The notes under the pieces are model-generated. The model had not been told where the DNA came from. It made no database searches and saw only the letters and a program-made list of their open reading frames with translations. Positions 8,601 to 15,793 of a DNA stretch of 56,780 nt are shown one piece after another. Position numbers and translations under genes: made by a program. The DNA comes from Candidatus Aminicenantes bacterium RBG_16_66_30 (GTDB taxonomy: Bacteria > Acidobacteriota > Aminicenantia > Aminicenantales > Saccharicenantaceae), in assembly GCA_001775715.1 (NCBI GenBank), contig MEYC01000003.1, forward strand, positions 3,999 to 60,778, in the 5' to 3' direction. Within the stretch, counting starts at the first letter, position 1; the number at the start of each line of letters is the position of its first letter.

Positions 8601-11155
8601 GCCAGGCAGTCGAGGAGCGTCGAAACGAGAGGTCCGACGATCAAGACAGACAAAAGAAAGAGCGTCCACCAAAGCGAGAGGCGGGGAGCGACTAGAAGGC
8701 CGCCCGCGAAGACGGTCAACAAGGCCGGAGGCGCAAGGCTCCGCCGGAGGTTGTCGAAGATCTTCCATCGCGAGAGAGGCGTCAGCGGGTTGCGCGTCCG
8801 GCGGCCCGAGGCATTCCTGGGCCAGGGGAGGATCCAGCCCATGATCTGCCAATCCCCCCTCGTCCAGCGGTGCCGCCGGCCGGCGTCAGCGACATAAGAG
8901 GACGGGAGGTTCTCGACGAGTTCGATATCGGTGACCAGCGCCGAGCGGGCGAAACAGCCCTCGATGAGGTCATGGCTTAGGATGAGATTTTCGGGAAACC
9001 GCCCCCCTGTGGCGCTCATGAACGCATCCACGTCATAGATGCCCTTGCCGCAATAGCTGCCTTCCCCGAATAGGTCCTGATAGACATCGCTCACTTCGCG
9101 CGTGTAGGGGTCGATGCCTGCGTCTCCGGCCGTCAATCGCGAATAGATCGAGCGGTTGGCCGAGGTCATCTTCACCGCAAGCCTCGGCTGGAGGACCGCG
9201 TGGCCCTGGACCACCCGGCCTTTCGCCGGGTCATAGATGGGCCGGTTCAAGGGATGGGCCATCGTCCCGACGAGCTTGGCCCCGCTTTCCCGGGGAAGGT
9301 GCGTGTCCCGGTCGAGCGAGATCACGTATTTGATGTTAGGCAAGATCGACAGGTCCCCGACGATTTCCTGGAAAGGCTCGAGAGGGCCACCCCGCAACAG
9401 GGCGTTGAACTGTTCCAGTTTGCCGCGCTTGCGTTCATACCCCATCCAGAGTCGCTCGTGAGGGTTCCAGACTCGCCTCCGGTGGAAGAAGTAGAAAGCA
9501 TCGGGACGGCCGTCGGTTGCCGCGTATTTCTCGTTGAGCTCCCGGATCCCTGCCCGGCCCAGGCCGACCAGTTCTTCGTCTCCCGGCATCTCCTGCTGAG
9601 CCGCGTCGGGGAAATCCGTCAGAAGGCCAAAAGTGAGGTTCGGATCCCGGTTCCCCAGGTAGCGAATCTCAATGTCCTCGAGGAGGCTGGCGACTTCGGA
9701 AGGATCGGTCAGGATGCTGGGGACGACGACCATGGCGCGATGCTCGGCGGGGATTCCATGGGAGAAATCCATGCGCGGCAGCATCTTCGGCCGGACCATC
9801 CTGAGGGCGAAGAGGTTCGTCAGCGAAACGCCCGCCGAAGATGCGGCGACGAGGGCGGCCACCACGAGCACCCAGAGAAGGGGGCCGTCCAGCCCGGAAT
9901 GCTTCGCGAGCGCGGCAAGACCCCCAGCCGCCAGGCCCGAAACGACTCCGACGGGTCCCAGATAGAAGACCAGGGGAACGCGTCTCCCGGGCCTCGATAC
10001 CAAGCGCTTCAGGCTCCGGCGCATGCCGACCTTTTTTTCCAGGATGCGGCGGCCGCCGTCGATGAGGTAATAGCCTACGTGGGCCCGCTGCAGGATGTCG
10101 GGGGCGGCCAGCTGCGCCTCGGCGGCCAGAAGGACCGCCGCGCCGGCGACATCTTCTTCTGAGGCCGGACTGTGGACCGCGATGTCCTCGACGGCATGCC
10201 GGCAGCGGTCGCGGGTTTCGAATTCTTGGCGGGCATAGGCGCCGATAGGGTCCCGCCGGAGAGCCTGCTCGGTCAAACTAAGACTCTCAACGAACTCGCG
10301 CCAGTCCATAGCGCCGAGGAAGCGCAGGCTGCCGATATTGTTGGCCACGGACACTTGGCTTGCGGCCTGCTCATGGCTGTCGGTTTTGATGATCTGATCG
10401 GTCGTAAGGCCTTGGTCCGACAACTCGTGCTCAATCCAGCCGAGAACGATCTCGAGCGCCGGACCGCGCCCCTGCAGCTTGCTGTAGAATTCTTGGACAA
10501 ACGCGGCGCTCATCGGCGGCTGCGTCCGGTCGAGGTCCGCGAGGATCTGGATGAGCTTGCGGGGCTCGTTCTCGGCCGTCCGAATGATGCGCTCGGCCCA
10601 GGAGAGGGCCAAGTCCCGGTGACGTCGTTGCAGGGCGATGAGGCCGGCGATTCGCCTCAGGTTCTCGATCAGCCCAAGCCGCAACATGATCGGAAAGGCC
10701 CAGAGCTCGCCAAGCTTCAGCGGCGCCACGCTCTCGTAGGCGCCGACGAAGCTCGCGGCACTCTCGGCATCGACGTGGCCGTCGACATGGGAGATGAGCT
10801 CGAGGGCCATGTCGTAGACGCGCGGGATGCCCTCGGATCCTTTGTTCGTGAGCCGGGGCAGCTGACGGCCATAAGCGCGCGGCAGGTGCAGCCGCGCGAT
10901 ACGGATCTGCTGTTCGATCAGGTAGAAATTATCTATAAGCCATTCGGCGGCAGGCGCGATGTGCCGGCCCTCGGCCGCAGCCCTGGCCACAAGGTCGTAG
11001 ACCTCGCGGAGCTCGCACTTGTTCTCGTCGAGGCGTTCGAGCAAAGTGTTCCGCCCGCCTCGCGGATCGACCTTCTGCCATCGTGCCAGCTCGCGGGCGT
11101 GGTCGCGCAGCTGCTCCAGGTTCAGCAACTCGTAACGGAAGGGTGGGTCGTGCAT
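2624..11155 (-). CDS. cgs: cyclic beta-1,2-glucan synthase-type protein (Cgs/NdvB/ChvB architecture: N-terminal region, GT84-like glycosyltransferase, TM block, C-terminal GH94 phosphorylase-like domain), about 2843 aa
   Basis: Motifs in the translation: ISLDRDTHLP (DxD-like); RRHRWTRGDWQ (QxxRW-like); several TM runs flanking the GT region; GGGYSRWHDMAVTRWREDSACDNWGTFIYLRE and GSGDWNDGMNLVG (GH94 catalytic-Asp motif). Size matches known Cgs proteins. Start set to ATG 11155 (MHDPPFRYELLNLEQL) because the upstream 110 codons cross an AT-rich promoter-like stretch. Confidence 0.85.
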   Translation of the reverse strand: MHDPPFRYELLNLEQLRDHARELARWQKVDPRGGRNTLLERLDENKCELREVYDLVARAAAEGRHIAPAAEWLIDNFYLIEQQIRIARLHLPRAYGRQLPRLTNKGSEGIPRVYDMALELISHVDGHVDAESAASFVGAYESVAPLKLGELWAFPIMLRLGLIENLRRIAGLIALQRRHRDLALSWAERIIRTAENEPRKLIQILADLDRTQPPMSAAFVQEFYSKLQGRGPALEIVLGWIEHELSDQGLTTDQIIKTDSHEQAASQVSVANNIGSLRFLGAMDWREFVESLSLTEQALRRDPIGAYARQEFETRDRCRHAVEDIAVHSPASEEDVAGAAVLLAAEAQLAAPDILQRAHVGYYLIDGGRRILEKKVGMRRSLKRLVSRPGRRVPLVFYLGPVGVVSGLAAGGLAALAKHSGLDGPLLWVLVVAALVAASSAGVSLTNLFALRMVRPKMLPRMDFSHGIPAEHRAMVVVPSILTDPSEVASLLEDIEIRYLGNRDPNLTFGLLTDFPDAAQQEMPGDEELVGLGRAGIRELNEKYAATDGRPDAFYFFHRRRVWNPHERLWMGYERKRGKLEQFNALLRGGPLEPFQEIVGDLSILPNIKYVISLDRDTHLPRESGAKLVGTMAHPLNRPIYDPAKGRVVQGHAVLQPRLAVKMTSANRSIYSRLTAGDAGIDPYTREVSDVYQDLFGEGSYCGKGIYDVDAFMSATGGRFPENLILSHDLIEGCFARSALVTDIELVENLPSSYVADAGRRHRWTRGDWQIMGWILPWPRNASGRRTRNPLTPLSRWKIFDNLRRSLAPPALLTVFAGGLLVAPRLSLWWTLFLLSVLIVGPLVSTLLDCLALPRDRNRRAHWRSVFERSSRRLAQTALALAFLPYDSLVLLSALVGSSFRLAFFRFSRRKMFLWYSRSSARRNAKRRPHEFLIEMGVGPLTGVALAAVLYSAHPGNLWAAAPVLAAWLAGPIIGWWISRPLSWGVLPLTDSQRLFLGGLARRIWAYFEEFVGAGDNWLPPDNFQESPGPLVASRTSPTNLGMNLQANLAASDLGYLSCGRFLGRTDSSLTAMEMLERFRGHFFNWYDTVSLRPLRPRYISTVDSGNLLGSLMILRAGLAELKTRPILPAAVFSGLRDGVEAAASAMAFPAAVVARLLEDLRGTLAHPDGSLASALELLERVQSKAGALAAATVFDEDSAALQLAEALERQARDWREDLLLLVPDPGSFKENPCLLEIARKPGASPEAAGRLRLIEELDGRAAAMENMNFDFLYDRGRDLLAIGYRVDDHRRDPSFYDLLASEARFSSFVLIARGLLPQKHWFALSRLLTRVDGGLALLSWSGSMFEYLMPLIWMPMVDHTLLDQTYRAVVDRHVAYGRECGIPWGISESCYNAADSSQTYQYAAFGVPGLGFKRDLGEDLVVAPYASILALMVSPGDAFKNLRRMADNGFLGRYGFYEAIDYTASRLPRGKPFAVVKSFMTHHQGMSLLSLENVLLGGIMQQRFMSDPTSKATERLLHERVPTVGPTLQPRESEDRAPARTALESGTESRMQVFTDPNTPVPEVHLLSNGSYHVMTTAAGGGYSRWHDMAVTRWREDSACDNWGTFIYLREPGGPSWSAAYQPTVRSPASYEAVFASARTEYRRRDAGLETYTEITVSPEDDVEIRRLRISNLSDKPRRVEVTSYAEVVLDALNADLAHRVFSNLFVETEIVRDRQALLCHRRIRRPDAEPAWMLHFLAAVEGGSGEPSYETDREKFIGRGRSVADPIVLDPVVGDPRESPLSDSEGAVLDPIVAVRRVFSLPPDGTAVAHIVSGMASTRQGALALVDKYRDPRFIERAFEMAWSHNQVLLRNLGASESDARAYERLAGSILFSGRLHRASPNTIASNRLGQAGLWRFGISGDLPIMLVRIRHAHALGLVRSALKAHTFWRSKGLDSDLVVLNDDFSGYRQALQEEILRLIHGGPEAHSLHKAGGVFVRRGEELSEEERALFQSVARVVLTDADESLSARAERSSRGERLPPAFTPMRREAVEGPMPLLPRERVLGNGLGGFTPDGREYVISLEPGQTTRAPWSNVIASPKIGTVISESGGAYTWVENAHEFRLTTWHNDPLSDPSGEAFYIRDEETGRFWSPTPLPAPGVNGYVCRHGFGYSVFEHYEAAIYSELWIYVAVDEPVKFAVMRLRNHSGRKRRISLTGFWELTMGQWRHLNQMHIVTSFDPEAEAVLARNPYAQGFSERTVFAAASEPNASLTGNRTEFIGRNGSLRSPAAMRRSGLSGKTGAGLDPCAALSVVIELSEGEEREVVFLLGASRGEEEAQRLVKTYGGAAAARQSLQAVWDRWNRLLGAVYVESPDQAFNVLVNGWLAYQVISSRFWGRSGYYQSSGAYGFRDQLQDSMALLDGAPWLAREQILLSAEHQFREGDVQHWWHPPSGRGVRTHISDDSLWLPYAVCRYVKATGDSGLLDEQRPFLEGRPVDPGEDARFDLWQRSSEMGSVYEHCVRAIKRGLTFGVHGLPLIGSGDWNDGMNLVGRGGRGESVWLAWFLFDVLSRFAELADAKGDGEFGVVCRRQAETVRQSAETNAWDGRWYRRAYFDDGRALGSAANAECQIDSLPQSWAVISGAAAQPRARRAMESVVERLYLPQDGLVRLLDPPFDSSALEPGYIKAYPPGVRENGGHYSHAAIWVTLAFAMLGDKKRAWELFGALNPIRHADTPGKMEVFRVEPYVMPGDILAASPHRGRGGWTWYTGSAGWMYRLAVETLLGLRLEVDKLWLEPLLPDEWESCRVHYRFRETFYHVTFRRVGGPGDSIVRVSADGRDSGGPFIPLADDRADHQVEVLLGA

Positions 11156-11586
11156 TCCCGCCCCGGACGTTCTGATCTGGGGAGCGCCGTCGGTTTTAAG
11201 AACGCGGAGTCTCAATAGCCAGGCCTTTCGTAATTCTCCTCGGAAGCCGGCAGAATGGTATATAAACCAGTATCCTTGTCTTATTATACTCGCAATTTTC
11301 ATGCCACACGGGGCCGGTCCCGCGCCATGGATGCGAGCCGCAGGGCGGGCATGCCGCCCCGAGAAACCGGACAGCCGCTGGGCGCCGGGCCAGCCGAAGC
11401 CCCGGATGTCCCCGGGTCGAACCCCCCATGATGTTGCCTGCCGGGATTTGTTACCGTTGGACAGGATAGTCTTCGCTGTATACATGTCCAGATGGACTCT
11501 TGCAAGGCCTCGCTAGGTTTTGGACAGGAGATGATGAGAGGGTCAGGGCTCATCGTAACTCGCTGACATTCCAGAGAGATAAGGCA

Positions 11587-11672
11587 TGCCGGTGGAGGGA
11601 ATCGAACCCACACTCGAGTTGCCCCGAACGGGATTTTGAGTCCCGCGCGTCTGCCAGTTCCGCCACACCGGC
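11587..11672 (-). tRNA. tRNA-Leu (anticodon CAA), class II with long variable arm
   Basis: Hand-folded cloverleaf. Acceptor GCCGGTG/CACCGGC plus discriminator A. Anticodon stem CGGGA/TCCCG with loop CTCAAAA. 17-nt variable arm. T loop TTCGATT (one U-U mismatch in the T stem). CCA not encoded. Confidence 0.85.
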
Positions 11673-11683
11673 GCGGCCCGATA

Positions 11684-11712
11684 ACTATAGGGGAAGTCGC
11701 CCGGGTTTTCAA
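11684..11712 (-). promoter_or_regulatory. sigma70-type promoter for tRNA-Leu
   Basis: On the minus strand: TTGAAA, 17-nt spacer, TATAGT. The -10 ends 11 nt upstream of the tRNA 5' end. Confidence 0.5.
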
Positions 11713-11724
11713 GACAGACCGCCA

Positions 11725-11810
11725 GGAAATCGGGGACACCCGCAGAAATCGGGGACACGTACCGATTCCAGAGAATCGTTACATGTCCCCGATTTCCCTC
11801 CCCGATTTCC
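11725..11810. repeat. nested palindromic element (long form of the GGGGACAYGTAC family) in the tRNA-Leu / trmH divergent region
   Basis: The core 11745..11796, GAAATCGGGGACACGTACCGATTC-CAGA-GAATCGTTACATGTCCCCGATTTC, is an imperfect 24-bp-arm palindrome. An outer pair GGAAATCGGGGA (11725..11736) / TCCCCGATTTCC (11799..11810) surrounds it. A near-identical inverted copy lies at 45151..45203. Confidence 0.8.
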
Positions 11811-11828
11811 CTGTGATATATTCCCTCC

Positions 11829-12422
11829 ATGCCGACGCCGGAGAGGATCGCCAAGGTCGCCCGCGTCCTGTCGCACCGCCAGGCCGACCTTCGCGTGGTT
11901 CTCGAGGGCGTGACCATCGCCCACAACGCCAGCGCCGTCATGAGGACGTGCGACGCGGCCGGCATCCTCAACCTCGACCTCATCGCCCCGAACCCCGAGC
12001 TTTTGCGGCCTAACAAAGCTATCTCGACCCGGGCCGACAAGTGGCTCGAGATCGGCGTCCACGCGACGCCGGCCGCGTGCCTGGAGCCCTTGAAGAGGGC
12101 CGGCTACGAGATCCTGGCCACGCATCTCCGGAAGGATTCGGTCCTCTACACGGACGTCGATCTCGCCCGGCCCGTCGCCCTCGTTTTCGGCAGCGAATCC
12201 GAAGGCATCTCGGAGGAGGCGCTGGCCTTCGCCGATAGGATCGTCCGCATCCCCATGCTGGGCATGGTCCAGAGCCTCAATCTGTCGGTCTCGGTCGCCG
12301 TCATCCTTTACGAGGCGCTGCGGCAGCGGGATCTCAAGGGATATGCGGGGAAGGCCAAGCTCCCGGCCGGAGAGCTCGAGCGGCTCGAGAAAAAGTGGCT
12401 GGGGCAAGAAGAAGAGCCGTAA
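11829..12422 (+). CDS. trmH: tRNA (guanosine-2'-O)-methyltransferase, SpoU/TrmH family
   Basis: N-terminus RVLSHRQADLRVVLEGVTIAHNASAVMRTCDAAG matches the TrmH signature (RQxDLxV..E.V...HN.SA..RT.DA.G). C-terminal SPOUT knot motifs LVFGSESEGIS and IPMLGMVQSLNLSVSVAVILYE. Confidence 0.85.
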   Translation: MPTPERIAKVARVLSHRQADLRVVLEGVTIAHNASAVMRTCDAAGILNLDLIAPNPELLRPNKAISTRADKWLEIGVHATPAACLEPLKRAGYEILATHLRKDSVLYTDVDLARPVALVFGSESEGISEEALAFADRIVRIPMLGMVQSLNLSVSVAVILYEALRQRDLKGYAGKAKLPAGELERLEKKWLGQEEEP

Positions 12423-12442
12423 AAAAGAGCGGGGACACGAGT

Positions 12443-12477
12443 AAAAACGGGGACACGTACCAGAGGTACATGTCCCC
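12443..12477 (-). terminator. intrinsic terminator for htrA built from the short GGGGACAYGTACC hairpin
   Basis: 13-bp arms GGGGACACGTACC / GGTACATGTCCCC with a 3-nt loop. On the minus strand the hairpin is followed by GTTTTTAC. It lies between convergent trmH and htrA. A partial extra arm CGGGGACACGAG sits at 12430..12441. Confidence 0.6.
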
Positions 12478-12498
12478 TAAAGACCCGGAGCAGGTCTC

Positions 12499-14127
12499 TC
12501 AGATCCTTCGCAAACCACCCTTGAGGGTCAGGTTCTTCAGGCCTTGCCGTATCCCGGGGAGCTCGTCGGAGCTCCAGTTCTTGAGCTCGTTCCGGAACGC
12601 GTCGGTGTAGCCCCTCCAGGATTCGAGGAAGTCCTGGAAGCTGTCGGGCCCGAGCGGACCGCCGCTCTCTTCCTCGGCCACTTCGACCTCGACGGTCATG
12701 GCCTTCTTGTCCCGGACGAACTCGATCTTGACCTTGGTGCCCTTGGGCTTATCCTGGATGAGGTCGATGAGCTCGTCAACGGTCTCGACCGCCTGGCCGT
12801 CGACCCGGACGATGACGTCGCCGACCCGCATCTTGGCTTTCTCCGCGGGACCGTCCGCGGTCAACTTGGCGACGATGAGGCCCGTCCCCTCCTTGACGCC
12901 GAAGTGCTCGGCCAGCTCCGCGTTGAGCGCGTTGCAGTAGACGCCGATGTACTTCCTCGATTCGAAGGCCCACCCGGGCATGCCCGGGGTGAGCGACCTC
13001 GGGACGGCCTGCTTGGGGGTCTTCTCCGGGGCGCCCGGCCTCGGCTTGAACGTCACATCCGGCCCGCCCGGCGTGAACAGGCCCGGGAAGCGGATCTCCA
13101 TCTCCCGGAGGGCCTCGTCCTCGGGGTATTCGCCGAGCTTGACCTTGACCTCCATGGGCTTGCCGTCCCGTTCGATGCCGAGGGCGACGTCCTGGCCGGG
13201 CTTCCTCTTGCGGATCTCGGCGACCAGCACGTCGGGGCTGGTGACGTCGCGGTCCCCGATCTTGAGGACGATGTCGCCCTGACGGAGCTTGGCCAGCTCG
13301 GCCGGGCTCTCGGGATCGACGGAGGCGATCACGGTCCGGTCGTCCTCAGCCCTCTGACCGATGCCGACGCCGAGCCAGCCGCGTTCGACCTTGCCTTTCT
13401 CCTTGATCTGGCCGGTGACGTCCTGGACGATATCGACGGGAACGGCCAGGGCCATGCCCGAGGAGGGCGCCTCGGCGCGATTGCTGAGGACCATGCCGGA
13501 TCCCGCCTGCTCCCTGTCGCGGAACTGGAAGACGACGGGCCTCTCCTCCATGTAAATGCCGCGGAGGAGCCCGACCAGACGCCCGTTCGCGTCGACGACC
13601 GGGCCGCCGCTCGAGCCGGGGGTCACCCAGACGTTGAGCCGGATCTTGTCCGCGGCGACGGAGCTGACGATGCCCTGGGTCACGGCCGCGGTCCGTTCGG
13701 GCGAGACGCCGACGACGGCGATCCAGGAGCCCGCGGAGAGATCGGCCGCCCGTCCGAGGGCGAGCGCCGGGAGGCTGGCGTCCTTGGCCTTGAGCAGCGC
13801 GATCTGAGTCTCCGTGTCGAAGCCCAGGAACTCGGCCTCGACCGTCTTTCCCGCCGAGGTCGTAATGGTGATCTTGCCCTCGCGCGGGGACATGAGGGCC
13901 GTGGTGACGATGTAGCCGCCCTTCTCGATGACGACGCCCGTGGCCACCCGGCGGGAATGGTTCACCACCTCGACGCGGACGACCGAGGGAAAGACGCGCT
14001 TGGCGATGTCGGCGATATCGGGCTCGCCGGCGATACCCTTAGCCCCGGACGTCTCCGCCCCGAACGCGGGGGCCAGGACGGCCAGGGTAGCCATGACCAC
14101 GAGGGCCGGTCTGAACATCCTAATCAT
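12499..14127 (-). CDS. HtrA/DegP-family periplasmic serine endoprotease with two PDZ domains
   Basis: Signal peptide; trypsin-like catalytic serine motif TPGSSGGPVVDANGRLVGL; two PDZ-like segments (GDIVLKIGDRDV..., VGDVIVRVDGQAV...). AGGAGG sits 7 nt upstream of the ATG. Confidence 0.9.
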   Translation of the reverse strand: MIRMFRPALVVMATLAVLAPAFGAETSGAKGIAGEPDIADIAKRVFPSVVRVEVVNHSRRVATGVVIEKGGYIVTTALMSPREGKITITTSAGKTVEAEFLGFDTETQIALLKAKDASLPALALGRAADLSAGSWIAVVGVSPERTAAVTQGIVSSVAADKIRLNVWVTPGSSGGPVVDANGRLVGLLRGIYMEERPVVFQFRDREQAGSGMVLSNRAEAPSSGMALAVPVDIVQDVTGQIKEKGKVERGWLGVGIGQRAEDDRTVIASVDPESPAELAKLRQGDIVLKIGDRDVTSPDVLVAEIRKRKPGQDVALGIERDGKPMEVKVKLGEYPEDEALREMEIRFPGLFTPGGPDVTFKPRPGAPEKTPKQAVPRSLTPGMPGWAFESRKYIGVYCNALNAELAEHFGVKEGTGLIVAKLTADGPAEKAKMRVGDVIVRVDGQAVETVDELIDLIQDKPKGTKVKIEFVRDKKAMTVEVEVAEEESGGPLGPDSFQDFLESWRGYTDAFRNELKNWSSDELPGIRQGLKNLTLKGGLRRI

Positions 14128-14141
14128 GGCGATCCATCCTC

Positions 14142-14534
14142 CTAATAAATGATTTCCGAAGATCGGGACTCGGAAACCTGCTCCAGTATGTAAACCGTCG
14201 GGGGTTGGGACCGGACGTTGCGGAATTCCGACGCATAGTCCACGGTCTCGAAGACGGGAACGATCCGGGACCGCGAGCCTTGCTCCGGCGTCGCCGACAG
14301 GGCCTCCCGCTCGGCGTAGGTCAGGACGGTGTCCTTCTCGAAGGTGACCGGGCCGAACACGAGGAAGCCGGCGAGAACGAGGGCGGCCGATCCGGCGAAG
14401 GCGTAGCGGTAGAGCGCCCGGCGGGCCCGTTCCCGCTCGCGGCGCGCGTCCGGGAGCCTGGCCAGGACGGCCCCTTCGAAGCCCGCGGGGGCTTGGACCT
14501 TGATCATCTTGGCGAGTTGCTCATGCCCTTCCAT
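14142..14534 (-). CDS. single-pass membrane protein in the anti-sigma position, lacking a zf-HC2 sigma-binding head
   Basis: Overlaps the stop of the upstream ECF sigma gene by 14 nt. One TM (YAFAGSAALVLAGFLVFGPV). Has an APAGFEGAVLARLP segment typical of anti-sigma linkers, but no Cys/His zinc motif. Confidence 0.5.
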   Translation of the reverse strand: MEGHEQLAKMIKVQAPAGFEGAVLARLPDARRERERARRALYRYAFAGSAALVLAGFLVFGPVTFEKDTVLTYAEREALSATPEQGSRSRIVPVFETVDYASEFRNVRSQPPTVYILEQVSESRSSEIIY

Positions 14535-15105
14535 GTTCGCTCACCTCTTTCTCGCCCGCGAAAGAGCCGCCGTCGCGGGCCTTTTCGAGCTTGCGCCGGA
14601 GCTGTTCCCTACCCCGGCTGATGCGGGCCTTGACCGTTCCGACGGGCCGCTTGATGATCCGGGCGATCTCTTCCTGGGAGAAGCCCTCCATGTCCTTGAG
14701 GACGACCGGGACCCGGTAGCGGGGGTGGAGCTCGTCCAGGGCCTCGCGGAGGTTGCGGACGAGCCCGGGGTCGGCGGGGTCCTCATAATAGGTGCCGCTC
14801 GAGTAGTTGTTCGGGATGTCCTCGAGGGAGACCGTGGCCATCTTCTTCGAGCGCCGGCAATCGGTCTTGGCCAGGTTCGAGGCGATCGTGTAGATCCAGG
14901 ACGAGAGCGGGGCGATCGGCCGGTACTTGCCGGCCTTGAAATAGACCCGCACGAAGGTTTCCTGGGCGAGCTCGACGGCCTTCTGGTAGTCGCCCGAGAA
15001 CTGATAGAGATAATTCACGATCTTGTCCTTGTAGAGGCCCATGATCTGGCCGAACGCCTCCTCGTCGCCGTTCTGGACGCGCCGGATCAGCTCTTGTTCG
15101 TCCAT
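14521..15105 (-). CDS. ECF (group 4) sigma-70 family RNA polymerase sigma factor
   Basis: Region 2 (VQNGDEEAFGQIMGLYKDKIVNYLYQFSGDYQKAVELAQETFVRVY, SWIYTIASNL) and region 4 HTH (FSQEEIARIIKRPVGTVKARISRGREQLR). Confidence 0.9.
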   Translation of the reverse strand: MDEQELIRRVQNGDEEAFGQIMGLYKDKIVNYLYQFSGDYQKAVELAQETFVRVYFKAGKYRPIAPLSSWIYTIASNLAKTDCRRSKKMATVSLEDIPNNYSSGTYYEDPADPGLVRNLREALDELHPRYRVPVVLKDMEGFSQEEIARIIKRPVGTVKARISRGREQLRRKLEKARDGGSFAGEKEVSEHGRA

Positions 15106-15196
15106 CCTCGCTCTCTTACAACCTCGATTTCCCCGAGAGAGTTACATTTCCACCCCTTTTATTATAGGCGGATTTGAAGGAAAATGGGCCGGGAAT

Positions 15197-15222
15197 GGAA
15201 CTTTCCCCCATCCGACTCCGTC
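15197..15222 (+). promoter_or_regulatory. candidate ECF-type autoregulated promoter (GGAAC-N17-CGTC) for the plus-strand sigma operon
   Basis: GGAAC at 15197..15201 and CGTC at 15219..15222, 17 nt apart and 17 nt upstream of the GTG start. Matches the generic ECF -35 AAC / -10 CGT pattern. Confidence 0.4.
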
Positions 15223-15238
15223 AACCGAGGTGAATTGA

Positions 15239-15793
15239 GTGGATTTGGAAGCGACCATCAGGGACTGCCTGGAAGGCAGCCAGATCGCCTGGAAAGCCCT
15301 TGTGGACGCTTACGCCAGGAGGATCTTTAACATGGCCTATCAGTTCTGCGGGAGCCGCGAGGAGGCGGAGGACCGGACCCAGGAGGTCTTCCTCAAGCTC
15401 CACGGCGCCCTGCCGAAATACGATTTCGGCAAGAACTTCACGGCCTGGCTCCTGACCCTGACCAAGAACCACCTCATCGACGAGTACCGCCGGACCAAAT
15501 GGGAAAAGACGCAGCGCGACGAATTCGACGAGCGCGTCTTATCCCAGGCCGCCGGGAGCGGCCCGGAGGAGAGCCTCGTCGCCCAGGAGACGAAGGCCCT
15601 CGTCTGGGAAGGGCTCGGTCGCCTGTCGGCGGACATGCGGATGGTCATCATCCTGAGGGACCTGCAGGGCCGGAGCTACGAGGAGATCGCCGAGAGCCTC
15701 GGCCTGCCCCTGGGCACGGTCAAGTCGCGCGTCAACCGGGCGCGGCTCCAGCTGGCCCAGGTCCTGCGGGACCGCCGAGGAGACGTCTCATGA
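15239..15793 (+). CDS. ECF (group 4) sigma-70 family RNA polymerase sigma factor
   Basis: Region 2 (AWKALVDAYARRIFNMAYQFCGSREEAEDRTQEVFLKL, FTAWLLTLTKNHLIDEYRR) and region 4 (RSYEEIAESLGLPLGTVKSRVNRARLQL). GTG start. Confidence 0.9.
   Translation: MDLEATIRDCLEGSQIAWKALVDAYARRIFNMAYQFCGSREEAEDRTQEVFLKLHGALPKYDFGKNFTAWLLTLTKNHLIDEYRRTKWEKTQRDEFDERVLSQAAGSGPEESLVAQETKALVWEGLGRLSADMRMVIILRDLQGRSYEEIAESLGLPLGTVKSRVNRARLQLAQVLRDRRGDVS

Larger units (their letters stand above)
2500..11643. mobile_element. putative degenerate tRNA-Leu-integrated island (single cargo gene, no integrase)
   Basis: Direct 57-bp repeats of the tRNA 3' half at both ends, with the intact tRNA at one end and a fragment at the other. 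The interior is one giant gene plus 430 bp of non-coding DNA. No recombinase ORF in any frame. Confidence 0.4.

Noticed and set aside
11156-11586. Integrase remnant, or real ORFs (71-aa plus strand, 146-aa minus strand), next to the tRNA
   Set aside because: All frames give Arg/Pro/Gly/Trp-rich peptides with no tyrosine-recombinase motifs (no R..H..R..Y pattern). I treat the region as non-coding leader/att-proximal DNA, though a profile search could still find traces.
11725-12477. CRISPR-like array from the repeated GGGGACA hairpins
   Set aside because: The copies are palindrome arms rather than direct repeats with unique spacers. Spacing is irregular. No cas genes are present.
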